The position numbers and the translations under genes were made by a program. A model generated the notes under the pieces. The model was not told the DNA's origin and searched no databases. It worked only from the letters and a program-made list of their open reading frames with translations. A stretch of 64,000 bases of DNA from Eledone cirrhosa. Taxonomy: Eukaryota. Numbering within the stretch: position 1 is the first letter of the stretch; each line of letters begins with the position of its first letter. The stretch spans positions 2,046,001-2,110,000 of the forward strand of contig OZ024750.1 of the NCBI GenBank assembly GCA_964016885.1. The letters run 5' to 3'. Below are positions 40,883 to 53,679 of this stretch, piece after piece.

Positions 40883-41290
40883 CGAGGCTTAGTAGTTAGG
40901 ATGTTCAGCTCATGATTATAAGGTTATGAGTTTGATTCTTGGCAATACATTGTGTCCTTTAGCATTTAAACCAGCCGTATCCAGCCAGAATTATGTCACC
41001 TCTTTCTGTTCAAACAAGCCATAACCGGCCACACATTCTGATGTTAAGGTATCGTTGTCAAAATCTTGTAGATTCGATATTATGTAAGATAATTATTTGA
41101 GATAAAGCTTTACCGCTAAAATATAATAATGAATATAATATAAATGCTAAAAGGTTAAGCAAGGCACTTTATTTCATGTCACCCCATTCCACTCACATTA
41201 AAAAAGTAAGTTATACTTGTGATTCAAAGGCCAGCCTTGTCACACTGTGTCATGCTGAAATCTCCCTGAAAATTACATTAGGACATTATT
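40883..41290 (+). mobile_element. Second tRNA-derived SINE family (B), split by a MITE; a related copy lies at about 19215-19365 (-)
   Basis: tRNA-like head GGCTTAGTAGTTAGG..GAGTTTGATTC; GTGTCCTT|AAGCAAGGCACT core interrupted at 40956-41158. Confidence 0.6.
40956..41158. mobile_element. piggyBac-like MITE inserted in SINE B; partial copies lie at 14704-14784 and 51163-51285
   Basis: CCTTTAGCATTTA...TAAATGCTAAAAGGTTAA; family body. Confidence 0.78.
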
Positions 41291-43049
41291 CTAGAAGGAA
41301 AACTCTGATGTAAAACCTGCGACTCGATGACAGCCAATGATGTTGACCTGTTCTTCTTTTTGGATACCTGTTACCATTGTTCTGAGAGTAGGATTGGTCC
41401 AGTGCAAGACCGTTCTTGTCACCATTGTTCTGGGAGTGAGATTGGTCCATTTAACAAAGCTCCTAGCACAGGCATCACTTGATCTAAACCACTTTCATGT
41501 GTGTTGCATGTTTACTACAGTATATACAGAAAGGAATCTAAGTCCTTGGCAGAGCTAAAAGGTACTGTTCATACCACCCCAACCATATATGTGGAAAAAG
41601 TCAAGGATAACAATGCCAAAAGTAGAAAACAATTATTTATGTATGTATATACATATCTATGTATGTATGTACATATGTATATACATATGTGTGTACCTAT
41701 GCATGCATTTATGTATATACATATGTATGTATGAATGCATTTATGTATGTATGTATTTATGTACATATGTATTTGTGTGTATGTATGCATGTGTGTATGC
41801 ATGTATGTATACATTTATGTATGTATGCATCTATGTATGTTTCTGATGCTGAACACATGCATGTATACATGTATATATGCATCTATGTATGCATTTTTGT
41901 ATATGTATATGTTTGTATGTATATATGTATGTGTTTATATATGTGTAAACTTGTGTGAGTTTTCTATATCATCATCATCATCATCATCATTTTACGTCTG
42001 CTTTTCCCTGCTTGCAAGGGTGGGACGATCCTGTTGGCAAATATTAATAAATAAAAGAATAAAAATGATAGTTCTAGTTGGCTGAAATATTTTCATACTT
42101 GTGGTTCCTGGTATTCTTCTAGTTGCAGTGAAGCTGAGTTCTTGGCATCAGTGATCCTTACATTAGCCTGGTTAAGATTTATAACATCACTTGATGTGTT
42201 TCTAACATCACTTGATGTGTTTCTAACATATTTCTGTGATTCTGTGTTTTGAAACCGTTAAAACGATGAAGAAATCTCTAACACATTGAAATGTTGCCAA
42301 AGATAACACTGCTCACCAATGTCTTCACTTTTCTGTAGACATTTCTGAATGTGCTGCCTACTGAATCTCTTCATTGTTTTAACTGTTGCGGAAATACACT
42401 CGCTCACACGCACACATAAACACAAACACATATACACACACACATTCTCTCTCTCTCAACTCACACACACACACACACATACATGCAGACCACACACATA
42501 TATATATACACATATATATATAACATCATTATCATCACTGTTTAATGTCTATTTTCCATGCTTGCATGGGCTTATATATATATATATATATACAGAAAGC
42601 AGGCATAAATAAATCATCACACATATATAGATGTATGTATGTATACAACATCTTTACTCTTTAACCTCTATTTTCCCTGCTCACATGGGTTTATATATAA
42701 CATTATCATCATCAGGACCATTTAACATCAATTATCCATTCGTGTGTGTGTCACATTGACACACTTATACAACTGGTACTATTTGGTACTATATATAATA
42801 TTAATGTATAAGAGAACAAAGAGTTGGGACCCGATGACTGAGCTCTCACCTTTTCTAGCTGTTGAAACAGCAAGAGTTCAGCTGTCAGGTCTTGACTCTT
42901 TATAATATAACCATACTATGCCAAGTATTGAGTACCCTATTGAGTAATGGTCTTACCAGTTTCAAACTGATTTCAACCTGGTTTATATATATATATATAT
43001 AATTGATGGAGGGGAAACCAGTTTAACACGTGTATTGTGTTACATTCAG

Positions 43050-43260
43050 AACAAAGGATAGATTATATGATGCTTGTGTTCAAACTTCAAAGACTTGAGT
43101 GCAGAAGATCTGCAGCAACTAAAAAAGGTGAAGCATGTATGCTTCATTGAATGTCTAATGTTAATGTACATGAATGACAGAGAACAGCAGAGATTAAGAA
43201 GGATTGAATGTAGCATGTAAGAGAAACAATTGTGCTGGTATGGTTATGTGATGTATTGGG
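43050..43260 (+). pseudogene. Short degenerate RTE C-terminal fragment
   Basis: Remnants of RLYDACV, AEDLQQL, EACML and WYGYVM. Confidence 0.65.
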
Positions 43261-44999
43261 GGAGCGAGAATTGTATAAATACATAAAGTTTTGTACCTAA
43301 TAGAAAGATGCAGAGTTTTCAATAGTAGATGTGTGGCTTCATGTTCATTCTCTGACAAATAGGGTTTTAGTGGGTGGTTTCATTGGAATTTGTTCTTTGT
43401 ATCTAAAAATAAATATGTGATACCTTTTTCTTTTACCATCTGGTAATGTTTGGTTGGTTCTCACACATAATCAGCTGATGGCAGCATTAACCAATTTGCT
43501 ATTAATTTCCTCATTTCCCAACGAATTACTACCAATAATAATTATTATTAACATAAATGCAACCAATTCCAGCATGGTAAGTGGACATAAAGTGATGATG
43601 ATGCACATTTATATATATTTATATAATAGGTGCAAGTTTGACCATGTTAACAAATTTGGCTTAAGAAGATTAGAAGCTCATTGTATGTGAATTGGTGTGT
43701 ATGTGTATTGGTGTGTATGTGTATTGGTGTGTATGTCTATTGGTGTGTATGTGTGTTTGTGTGTATGTCTATTGGTGTGTATGTGTGTTTGTGTATTGGT
43801 GTGTGTATGTGTATTGGCTAAATGTGTGTCTGTGTACATGTATGAGCATGTATATATGTCAGTGTTTGTTTATGTGTGTGTATGTGTATCAGTGTTTGTG
43901 TATGTGTGAGTATGTGAGTCAGTGTTTGTGTATGTGTGAGTGTGTATGTGTGTGTATGTGAGTCAGTGTTTGTGTAGGTATGTGTTTGTATGTATATGTG
44001 AGTCAGTGTTTGTGTATGAGTCAGTGTTTGTGTATGTATGAGTATACAAATGGAGGTGATTTTCCCAATCTGTTTTATATTTAAGTGGATCATTCATTTT
44101 TTTTTTTAAATATATTTATTTAATTAACTGGTTTCAATATTTAATTAATTTAACTAGAAAATAATGTTACTCTAAAACAATTAAATTAAATGTAATTTAA
44201 GCTATTCTATTTGATAGACTTAATAAATAATCAATTAAACACTGGTTGATCTCTTGTATCCTGTGAAATAGTTAATTCCTCTACTAATAGTTTATTAATG
44301 TTTTACTTAATCAATACTAGTTAGGTTATTTTCAGTTAAACTACATAATGACTGAGTCTCCCTTGCAGAGAAGCAAATTAGTTAAGAAGTTATTCAGAGT
44401 AATTTGGATTCTATCTACGTTAATACTCATCCTTTTCCATTTTTTAGAAGGTTTTAAATCAGGTTAAAATTTCTTTAGTAAAAAATACGGTGAAAGCTTC
44501 TATTTCTAAACTTCGTTCACTGTTTCAAAACAAACTTACTTCTGTAAAATTAATTTAAGCTGAAACACTATTAACTATAAGCAATATTTCTCAATGAATT
44601 CTTAACATCCTGTTATAGCTTCACAGAAAATACCTGAAAACAGGTTTGTTACTTCAGTTGTTTATAGTGTCTTTTCTAACAGACAGATTGTTGTGGTATT
44701 TTGCAATATTAGAATAAAGGTTTTAATACTTAATATGATGTAATCATCCTGTTTTGTACTTTCCAAGAATGCTTTGCCATGAGGTTGCATATTGTGCACA
44801 TGCACACAATATCTATAAATATATATATATGTGTGTGTATATATGTATGGTATATGTGTGTATGTATGTGAGTGTGTATACATCCACTTTCCATACCTTT
44901 GTTTTATTTTTGGCATGGTTTCTATCACAGAATGCCTTTCCTAATGCCAACCACACTCTTGAGTTTGTCTTGTATTATGCAAGACTAAAAAGTACTCAC

Positions 45000-46400
45000 T
45001 AGTCAAAAAGGTGCATTCAAGATCTATGCATTGCTACAATTCTGCAATGCAGTTCAGACACAAGCCTCATTCAGTTTGCTCTTCACCCTAAGACAGAAAC
45101 CCTTTATTATTGCAAGCAGGGAAAAGCAGACGTAAAATGATGAGGATGAAAGGTAATAGCTCGCTGTTCCTACTCAAATGACAAAGCTTTTGGAACTACT
45201 AGTTAGGGGATTTAGGTAACGAAAGCTATCATCTACTTCTAGGGAGCCACATGAGCATTTGAGAGGATCTGTTTCCCATACACTTTTAGTGTATACTGCT
45301 CCTGTGCATCTGCTGCATACAAAGTCTAACTTCCTCCTTGGTCTGCTTGTAGTTCAATTACATATTTTTTAAACCAATAGTTTACACTAGTTACACCATA
45401 TAGATTTCCAGCCTTTTTTTTCTTTATGTATATTGAACGAGGCCATTTCTGTTAGAGTATTAGAGCTCTGGCTTCTTTACTACTGACTAAAACGTCAGTT
45501 TATTTTCAGGACTTTTCTAGATTTTGCTTCCTTATCTGGAATTTCACCTCTAAATCTTCTATGAATTCAACTATAAGAATTAGGTGATCAATATATAGTA
45601 ATTCTCATTGATATCGATTCTTAAACTCTTCTGATATGGCCTAGAGAACAATAAGAAACAGGAAGAAGCTAAAAGTTATGTTGGGCACTTATCAACACAT
45701 TAGATTCATCACTGTATTCATTGCCAACTCTCAACTTGCTGGTTGCACCTCTTTCCATGGCTTGTATGGCCCTCGTTAGCCATTCATCAACACCTAATTT
45801 CTTTAGGTCCAGAGTGCTGGATCCTGTCAAATGCTTTCTCCAGGTTAACAAATGCTAGATACAGAAACATGCTGTTAGCTAACTACTTCTCCTGCAGTTG
45901 CCTCACAAAAAAGTCAGCTTCAGTATCATTTCTGGCAGAAAGCCAAACTGCAACTCATCTAGTTTAATTCCATCTTCATATCCTTAATTATATTATCTAA
46001 TTTATTACTGTCAGCTTTAATGGTTGGTCTCTCTATTGACCTGCTTGATGTAGGCTCTTTCTTTCGTACATTCTCTTCATTCAGCAATCTCTCATAATAA
46101 CACTTCTGTTCAACTTCAGTAAGAGAATGTGTGCCACTTTCATTCTCAATACACTTCTCCCCAACAATCTCTCAAATTTCTGCAGGATACTGTCTTGCAA
46201 TTTAGAATACCCATGTCTTTGATCCTCTTAGCTTCTTTTCTAGATACTAGGTATTGCCCTCTGCTGCCCTTATTCTTTGATCCTCTTAGCTTCTCTTCTA
46301 GATACTAGGAATTGCCCTCTGCTACCCATATTCTTTCAGTTTTTCCAGGCCTATCTCTTAGATTTTAATGATGTATCAACAGTAGTATTTTACCACTGTG
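45000..46400 (-). pseudogene. Old, degenerate RTE LINE fragment
   Basis: LKKLGVDEWLTRAIQAM..KLRVGNEYSDE in ORF 45669-45851; DNA similarity to the two RTE copies with many frameshifts. Confidence 0.8.
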
Positions 46401-46492
46401 TCGATTTTACATATCTCTATACCCACTCTGCATCTCCCCATGCATTGAGTACTCCCATGATTAGTGGTCTCCCAGGTCTCATCATCACAGAC

Positions 46493-46555
<63 letters not shown>

Positions 46556-46556
46556 C

Positions 46557-46593
<37 letters not shown>

Positions 46594-47466
46594 ATGGAAA
46601 AGCAGACGTAAAGTGAATATATATATATTAAAATAACAGATTAAAGTTTAAGCAAAGAATCGCTGCTTTCACCCTTAACAGGATCTTCTAAAAAAATCTG
46701 TGAACGCAGAAGTAAATATATTCGAAAAACGTTGCAACAATGAATCTTTGCTGAAACACACTAATAGTGGGAAAGTGTAAACCTATGATTCTCGTATTTA
46801 TGATGAATTTACCATGTTTGGTAAGTAAGCAGCTCTTATAATCTACACAACCTCAGATTAAACAAAATTGGTCTACCTAATTTTCAGAACATTGCAAGCA
46901 CTGGATGCCAAAGGGAGTTACATGTGACAGGATAAGTAGAAATTTGAGCTAACCTTACGAGTTTGTGTTTTTAGTAAACCTATATTTCAGTGTAGTTGTG
47001 AAAAATAGAGACCTTAAATAAACAACAGGTATATTTTCTACTTTTAGTGAGAAACAGAGATAGATTTGACTACTTTTAGTGAAAACAAACTCTGTTGTAA
47101 GTGATCCACTTCTTTCAAATAACTTATTTTGAGAAGCAGGAAGGCTGCTGCTTTCATGAATCTTTACTGTTTTTTTTTATGTTTCCTACAGCCCAGTGTT
47201 CTGTAATACACTGATCTCAGTGGGTGTACCATATTTTCAATCTCCCTTACATGAATTAAGACCTATTTTTTATATCTTATGATAATTTTCTTGTTAATGT
47301 TAGCCTTATTCATGTTTAATACTTTTGATACTAAACAACCTAAAACCAGCCCCAATTCTATGATACTAAGCTGTCTGTTTTAAACTGTATATTTTAATAT
47401 ATACACTCTGCCTGTGTATTGAGTGCTCATATCGGTATCACCACCAGATATTCACTGAATCTCATA

Positions 47467-49631
47467 CATCATCATCATCATCGTTTAACGTCCGTGTTCC
47501 ATGCTTGCATGGGTTTGGACGGGAGTTTTCCCACTTGAGGCAAGAGTGGTTGTCTTGCTCGCATAGGACTGTCTGGCGGGTTTTCTACAGTTGGATGCCC
47601 TTCCTAACACCAACCACATTTACAGTGTGGGGCTGGGAGGTTTTTACCGTGTTGCCTACACGGCCACATTACAGCGTGGACTGTCTGGCGGGTTTTCTAC
47701 AGTTGGATGCCCTTCCTAACACCAACCACATTTACAGTGTGGGTCTGGGACGTTTTTACCGTGTTGCCTACACGGTCACATTACAGCGTGGACTGTGTGT
47801 TTTTTTGTCGTGACACCTACACGATCTCATTTGTTTCGGCCTGGATTTTGTGGCACCAACATAACTTTACATTGAAAGGGGCGGTGTGGATGGGGGGGGG
47901 GGGGGGTATTTTGTTAGAGATGCCTACTGACTGTAGTAGGCTTTACTTTGTATTTAGGCAACGCGGGTCTTCTCTATTACTGAGTACCGCCAAAGCTCTC
48001 GGTCCAGTGACATTGTCTTTGAGAGGTGTAAGTGTGTGAGGTCGGAATTTATCGGCTCGTCCCAGGTTTTTCTGGGTCTGCCTACTCCGTGGCTACCGTC
48101 TATCTTTATTGCCCTGCACTTTGTTATACAGCTGTCGTCTTTCATGCGCATCACGTGACCATACCAACGTAGCCTTCTCTCGAGTAAACAACATCTGATC
48201 CCTCTTATTTCTAATTTTTTCCTTAGTTCGTTTATGCTTTGCCGTTCGCGTATATTACTATTACACATCCAGCGGAGCATGCAAGCTTCGTTCCTCTCTA
48301 GTCTGCGTATATCCTCTGCACACAATGCCCAGGTCTCACTGCCATGCAACATTGCTGTTCGTATGCAGGCATCATACAACCTGCCTTTCACTTTTAGGGA
48401 GAACCCTTTAGCAGCTAATAGTGGTATAAGCTCTCTGAACTTTTTCCATCCAGTTCTGACTCTAGCTACTGTACTTTCGGAGCACCCTCCCCCACTGCTG
48501 ATTTTGTCACCCAGGTAACGGAAGCTGTCCACTATTTCTATAGAACCCTCTGCGCAGTTGAAAGAGCTAGTATTTTGTGGGCACTTGCTGCTACTTATTG
48601 CACCAGAGCACCGGCCACATGTAAAATCTGTGTTCTTAGTTAGCTTACCTGTGATCCCACTACATCTTTTATGCACCCATACTTTGCATTTGGGACATAA
48701 AATGGAGTTTCTACCTACGCCTTTCCTACACTCTGAGCATGGCCATTTCCCGGAAGGGACCGGCACCTTATTTTCTTTCTTACAAACTAGAACTTTAGTC
48801 TTAGCCATGTTAATTTTAAGGCCTTTTGATTCTAGGCCGTGCTTCCATGTTTGGAATTTCTTCTCTAGCTCGGCCATTGATTCAGCTATGAGCGTTAGGT
48901 CATCTGCGTATAGGAGTTCCCATGGGCAGCCGGTCTTGAACTCCTCTGTTATAGCCTGAAGAGCAATAATGAATAGTAGGGGGCTAAGAACAGAGCCCTG
49001 ATGGACACCAACTTTTACGCTAAACTCTTCACTATATTCGTTGTTAATTCTAACCTTGCTGACTGTTTCTTTATACATGGCTTGTATAGCTCTCACAAGC
49101 CATTCATCAACACCTAGTTTTCTAAGAGCCCACCAGATAATGGAACGGGGGACTCTGTCGAAGGCTTTCTCCAAGTCGACAAAGGCTAAGTATAGGGGTT
49201 TACTTTTAGCTAGGTACTTCTCCTGTAGTTGTCGTACAATGAAAAGAGCGTCTGTGGTACTTTTGCCTGACACAAACCCGAACTGCATTTCATCTAGATC
49301 GATTCTCTCTCTGATTAGTTGCACTATTACTTTTTCCGTGACCTTCATGACCTGGTCGATTAATTTAATCCCTCTATAGTTACTCCTATCTAGGGCGTCT
49401 CCTTTACCCTTGTAACAGTTAATGATGATGCTGCTACACCAGTCCTTCGGAACAACCCCATTCTGTATGACTTGGTTTACTATCCGGGTGACCATGGTGT
49501 GTCCCACCGTTCCAGAGGCCTTCAGCATCTCAGCGACTATTTCCGAAGGCCCAGCCGCCTTACTCGTCTTCATATCTTTGATTGCCTTACTTATTATACT
49601 ACCTTCAACTAACACTGCTGGTCCCTCTACA
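47467..49631 (-). mobile_element. 5'-truncated RTE-clade LINE, a second subfamily, with open RT ORF (YADD intact) and extended 3' region
   Basis: ORF 47954-49615 with RT motifs, YADD, PHD insertion, RRLRWYGHV and GRPRKTW; tail CATGCAAGCATGGAACACGGACGTTAAAC(GAT)n at 47467-47520. Confidence 0.93.
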
Positions 49632-49646
49632 CTATATATATATATA

Positions 49647-49687
<41 letters not shown>

Positions 49688-49871
49688 CACTGTGTGTATG
49701 TATGTATGTATATATATATATATATATACTCACACACACAGTTTGTTTCACATACTTGGATGTTATTTTCGTTTCCATGCAAGACATCATCAACATATTT
49801 GTTTACAACATGGATATCCATCTAGAGTGAATATTGACATGACCAAGCCACCTTGCACACTCAATCATTTG

Positions 49872-49933
<62 letters not shown>

Positions 49934-50075
49934 AGTATATATATATATTCAAAATTATAAGAAAGTTAAGGATATGAAATTATCATTATCATTTATTCAT
50001 CTTACCAAAGAGAATAGTGAATTAATTTCTACAGTCAGCTATCCTTGTTGGCCATTGATGCATATATATATATAT

Positions 50076-50275
50076 ATAGGAAAAAGTATGACCCCGACGG
50101 CAGAGCTCAAGCCGTTTCGACGGCTATTTCAGGACTAGTCCAGAAATAGCCGTCAAAACGGCTTGAGCTCTGCCATCGGGGTCATACTTTTTCCTATTAC
50201 CCACTCTACTACCCTAAGTATTGAGTACTCTGGTGCGTTATGGTCCATCTGGTTCCTTACCACATTTCCTTTGTT
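50076..50275. mobile_element. Hairpin-headed dispersed element (122-bp palindrome + ~75-bp tail); relatives at 36457-36595 and 42815-42985
   Basis: 50076-50197 is palindromic about GGACTAGTCC; tail CTCTACTAC.C.AAGTAT.GAGTACTCTG.TG.GT.ATGGTC shared by three loci, each ending in (TA)n. Confidence 0.6.
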
Positions 50276-50288
50276 ATATATATATATA

Positions 50289-50480
50289 AGGGCGGTGGAT
50301 TGGCAGTATTGGTAGAGAGTCGGACACCATGCTTTGAAGCATAGAGTTACGTCCCTTTATAATCTGAGTTCAAATCCCGCCGAGGTTAACTTTGCCTTTC
50401 ATCCTTACGGGGTCAATAAAATAAAGTACCAGTAATGTACTAGTTAATTGCTGACCTTGTGCCTAAAATAGAAACAGTTA
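50289..50480 (+). mobile_element. tRNA-derived SINE (family A, short variant)
   Basis: Full consensus starting GGGCGGTGGATTGGCAG, inserted in a TA tract. Confidence 0.9.
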
Positions 50481-51295
50481 TATATATATATAATGCATCT
50501 GTATGTATGTAATGACATAGTACATAGTGACCTCTTGAAAATACTTATTACTAAAGGTCAGTGATAGCCAGTATAATCTGAAAAATGCTTTAACAACATT
50601 CTTATCAAAGGTCTGTAGTAGTATCCCCTTTATTTTATGAGCCTGTATATGATTAAAACCCTGTCTTATAATATAACCCAGCTCCTTTTTGCATTTCTTG
50701 ATAAGGCTTTATTGTGCTACATTTACTCATAATTCAAATTCAACTATTCTCTTAAATATATTTGTTATCTTAAGGACCGAATTATAATGAGAATTAGAAT
50801 AATGTTTATCTTTTATTTTACATTTCTATATTTTCTAAGAGGATTTATTGTATGAGTAGTATTTTGTTTTAATTAATTCATTTATTTATTGTTTACACAA
50901 GGAGGGATAGACAGTACCCTCGAATCTTTTCAGGGCTTCCAAGGTATCCTCAAACCAAAGACTTGGCCTGTTTTAGGCAGAGTTGATTCACCTAAAGCCA
51001 CCCTAAAGTCAGGTGACATTGTTAAACTGGATGAAAAATTAAGTTAAAAACAAAAATGTCCTAGAAATGCTTTATGGCAATACAGCACCCCTATGATTCC
51101 CTCGGGTGACAGGTCCATAGATACATGCATACAACAAACTCAAAGAGACTGATAATTGCAAGTTAACCCTTTAACATTTATATTACTCTATATTTACTAT
51201 TGTATTTTGTGGTAAAGCTTTTATCTCACATAATATCGAATCTATGAGATTTTGATATTATTTATTTTGAGAACAATACCTTAATATATTCTAAA

Positions 51296-51410
51296 ACAAC
51301 TAGTCACAACCAGTTACAACTAGTCACAACCAGTTACAACTAGTCACAACCAGTTACAACTAGCAACAACTAGTTACAACTAGTCACAACCAGTTACAAC
51401 TAGTCACAAG
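51296..51410. repeat. 10-bp repeat with a 20-bp dimer structure
   Basis: ACAACTAGTC and ACAACCAGTT alternate. Confidence 0.9.
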
Positions 51411-52148
51411 ACCTTCATTACAATGTTTACCTACGTGTTTCTTTCCATTGCTTTAAATATTATATTGAATTCTACCCCAAACATTGGTTCATGATATTTC
51501 TTTCTCTCCCAGAGGACTTCATTTCAATAATTGCTCTAACAATGGAAATTTGTTTAGAATATTTTACCAAAAGTCTGTATTTTGTTAATCATGGAGTCAT
51601 TCAATTATCATCTGTATTTCTAAGACTTTCACTAATATAGTTCTTCAGTTCGATGTCTTTATAAACGTTTTCCCAATAACATCCTAACCATTAGAAGATA
51701 TTTTGATGACATTTTAAGGCATACATGAAAGTCTTTGTTACATCTCACACAAAAAAGCACTTCCTAGTTAACCTTTCCTATTTCATCGTCAAGGTTTATA
51801 GCTTCTATCACTATCTCTTTTGTTCAGAAACTATTTTGTAACTATCTCCTATTCATAGATAACCTTTAAAATGTGACATGTTGCAGTGTATGAATTCTCT
51901 TCTTGTTAATCTTTGCTCAATTGTTCTAGCTTATATATGTGTATGTAGGTGTTTGTAAGAATGCAGGATATTCTTTCAATTATCATCAAGCTGCTACATC
52001 TAACCAATAATTTTTGGTACCACATGGAATATTGTCTTATTCTGCCTTTCTTTGTTAACTCACTTTTAAATCAAGCAAACAGAAATCCTTTCAGCCTATA
52101 ATCCTTTCAGTGGGCAGAAAAAGAGGGATTGGACTGACTAGTTTTATT

Positions 52149-52336
52149 TGAGGCCCTCATAGGCTGACCAAGATACTCTCATGGAATGACTAAATGAGGT
52201 TTATTTTTCAGCATAGTTCCTGGAAAGAAACAATGCAGTTATTAATAAGAAGAGTTAAAATTAATGCATGCAAGATTTCACAGCTCTAGCATCACTCCTT
52301 CATAGTCAGCCTATAAATTTTTCAGCCGACACTATA
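52149..52336. mobile_element. mariner-like MITE family M1, opposite orientation
   Basis: Body matches 20143-20330. Confidence 0.75.
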
Positions 52337-52417
52337 GTTCAATCAGTCTAAAAAAAAAGCACCAACATTTACTGAATCACTAATTGGTTTGAGTTGTTAA
52401 TCTTTTTTTAAATACTT

Positions 52418-52459
<42 letters not shown>

Positions 52460-52814
52460 TTTTTATGCATGCTTATATATGTATCGGTGTGGATGGTTGA
52501 CTCAATATGGCATTGATCAGCTAGATGAGAGGTCATTAGGCCATATTCGGTCACCAGTACTTTACAAAATTGTTTTGTATAGTGTAGGCAGGAAGATAGA
52601 AAGATAAAAATATAAGCAGGTATGTGGGTAAGTAGGCAGGTATGTAGGCAGGCAGGTAAGTAGGCAGGCAGTAGAGCAAGGTAGGCTGGTTGGTTGGTGT
52701 GTTGGCTACTCATGATGCTTGTTATCACAGAGCTCAATAGACTATGCAGGGTGTGGCATTCCTTATGGGAGCTTTTAGAAAAAGTAGCAAATAACCAATG
52801 AGTAAATTTTAATG

Positions 52815-52985
52815 TACCATATTTCCCAGCACCAAAGACACTTCGTCTTCAAGGACACGCCCTAATTTTGACAACCAAAAATTTGAAAAAAATAATAAAC
52901 AACCTTCAGCCTCCAAGATGGATGGTAGATTTTTTAGACTTATTTTAGGGAAAAAGTAGCATCTTCGATGCCGGTAAATACAGTA
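52815..52985. mobile_element. Tc1/mariner/pogo-type MITE family M2
   Basis: End-to-end match with 7173-7346. Confidence 0.78.
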
Positions 52986-53679
52986 CTTATCAATGCTATT
53001 GTTTTAATGTCTAACTTCCTTATGTGATGAATTCCATTGATTTCCATCAATGCCATCTCATTTGTGAGGATTCATAATTATTTCACTACAAGCTTTTCTT
53101 TGTCTGTTTCTAATTAGATATCTGCAGAACCAAAATGAGACTTTTTTTTAAACAGATTATATCATTTATGTTCAGTTTAGTATTATATTCCCTGCTTATA
53201 TTGTTAAGGTATCTGTACTCAACTGCATTTTCCATTTACTAATCTAAAGCTAAACTTTCTCAAAAATGAATCTTAAACACCCAATAGACATATGCCAAGC
53301 TTATTCTTTGCAATCATTACAGTTTTTCTGCATTCATCATATTTCAATACTAAATTATTACACTGCTTATATCTAGCCAGTCTTTCCAGCATAATTGGGG
53401 CTGATTTAATCATTTGGCATTCTGATCCTAATTCTTGTTCAGTTTAAAAAAGTCTCAAACTATTTTATATTAAAACTTAAAAATATATTTGTACCATGAA
53501 ATATCTTTGAGGTTTATTTTATTTCTAATATTAATTTTCTACATTTTCATCTTTTTCAGATGTCATAAGCAGTAACTCCATGTTGTGTTTCTTCGATGGA
53601 AGCCCAGCCTTGACAACTCAATATTCCAGATAAAAGAAAGTTCAACTTTAAAAAAGAAAAATCTCACAGTCCTTTCCCA

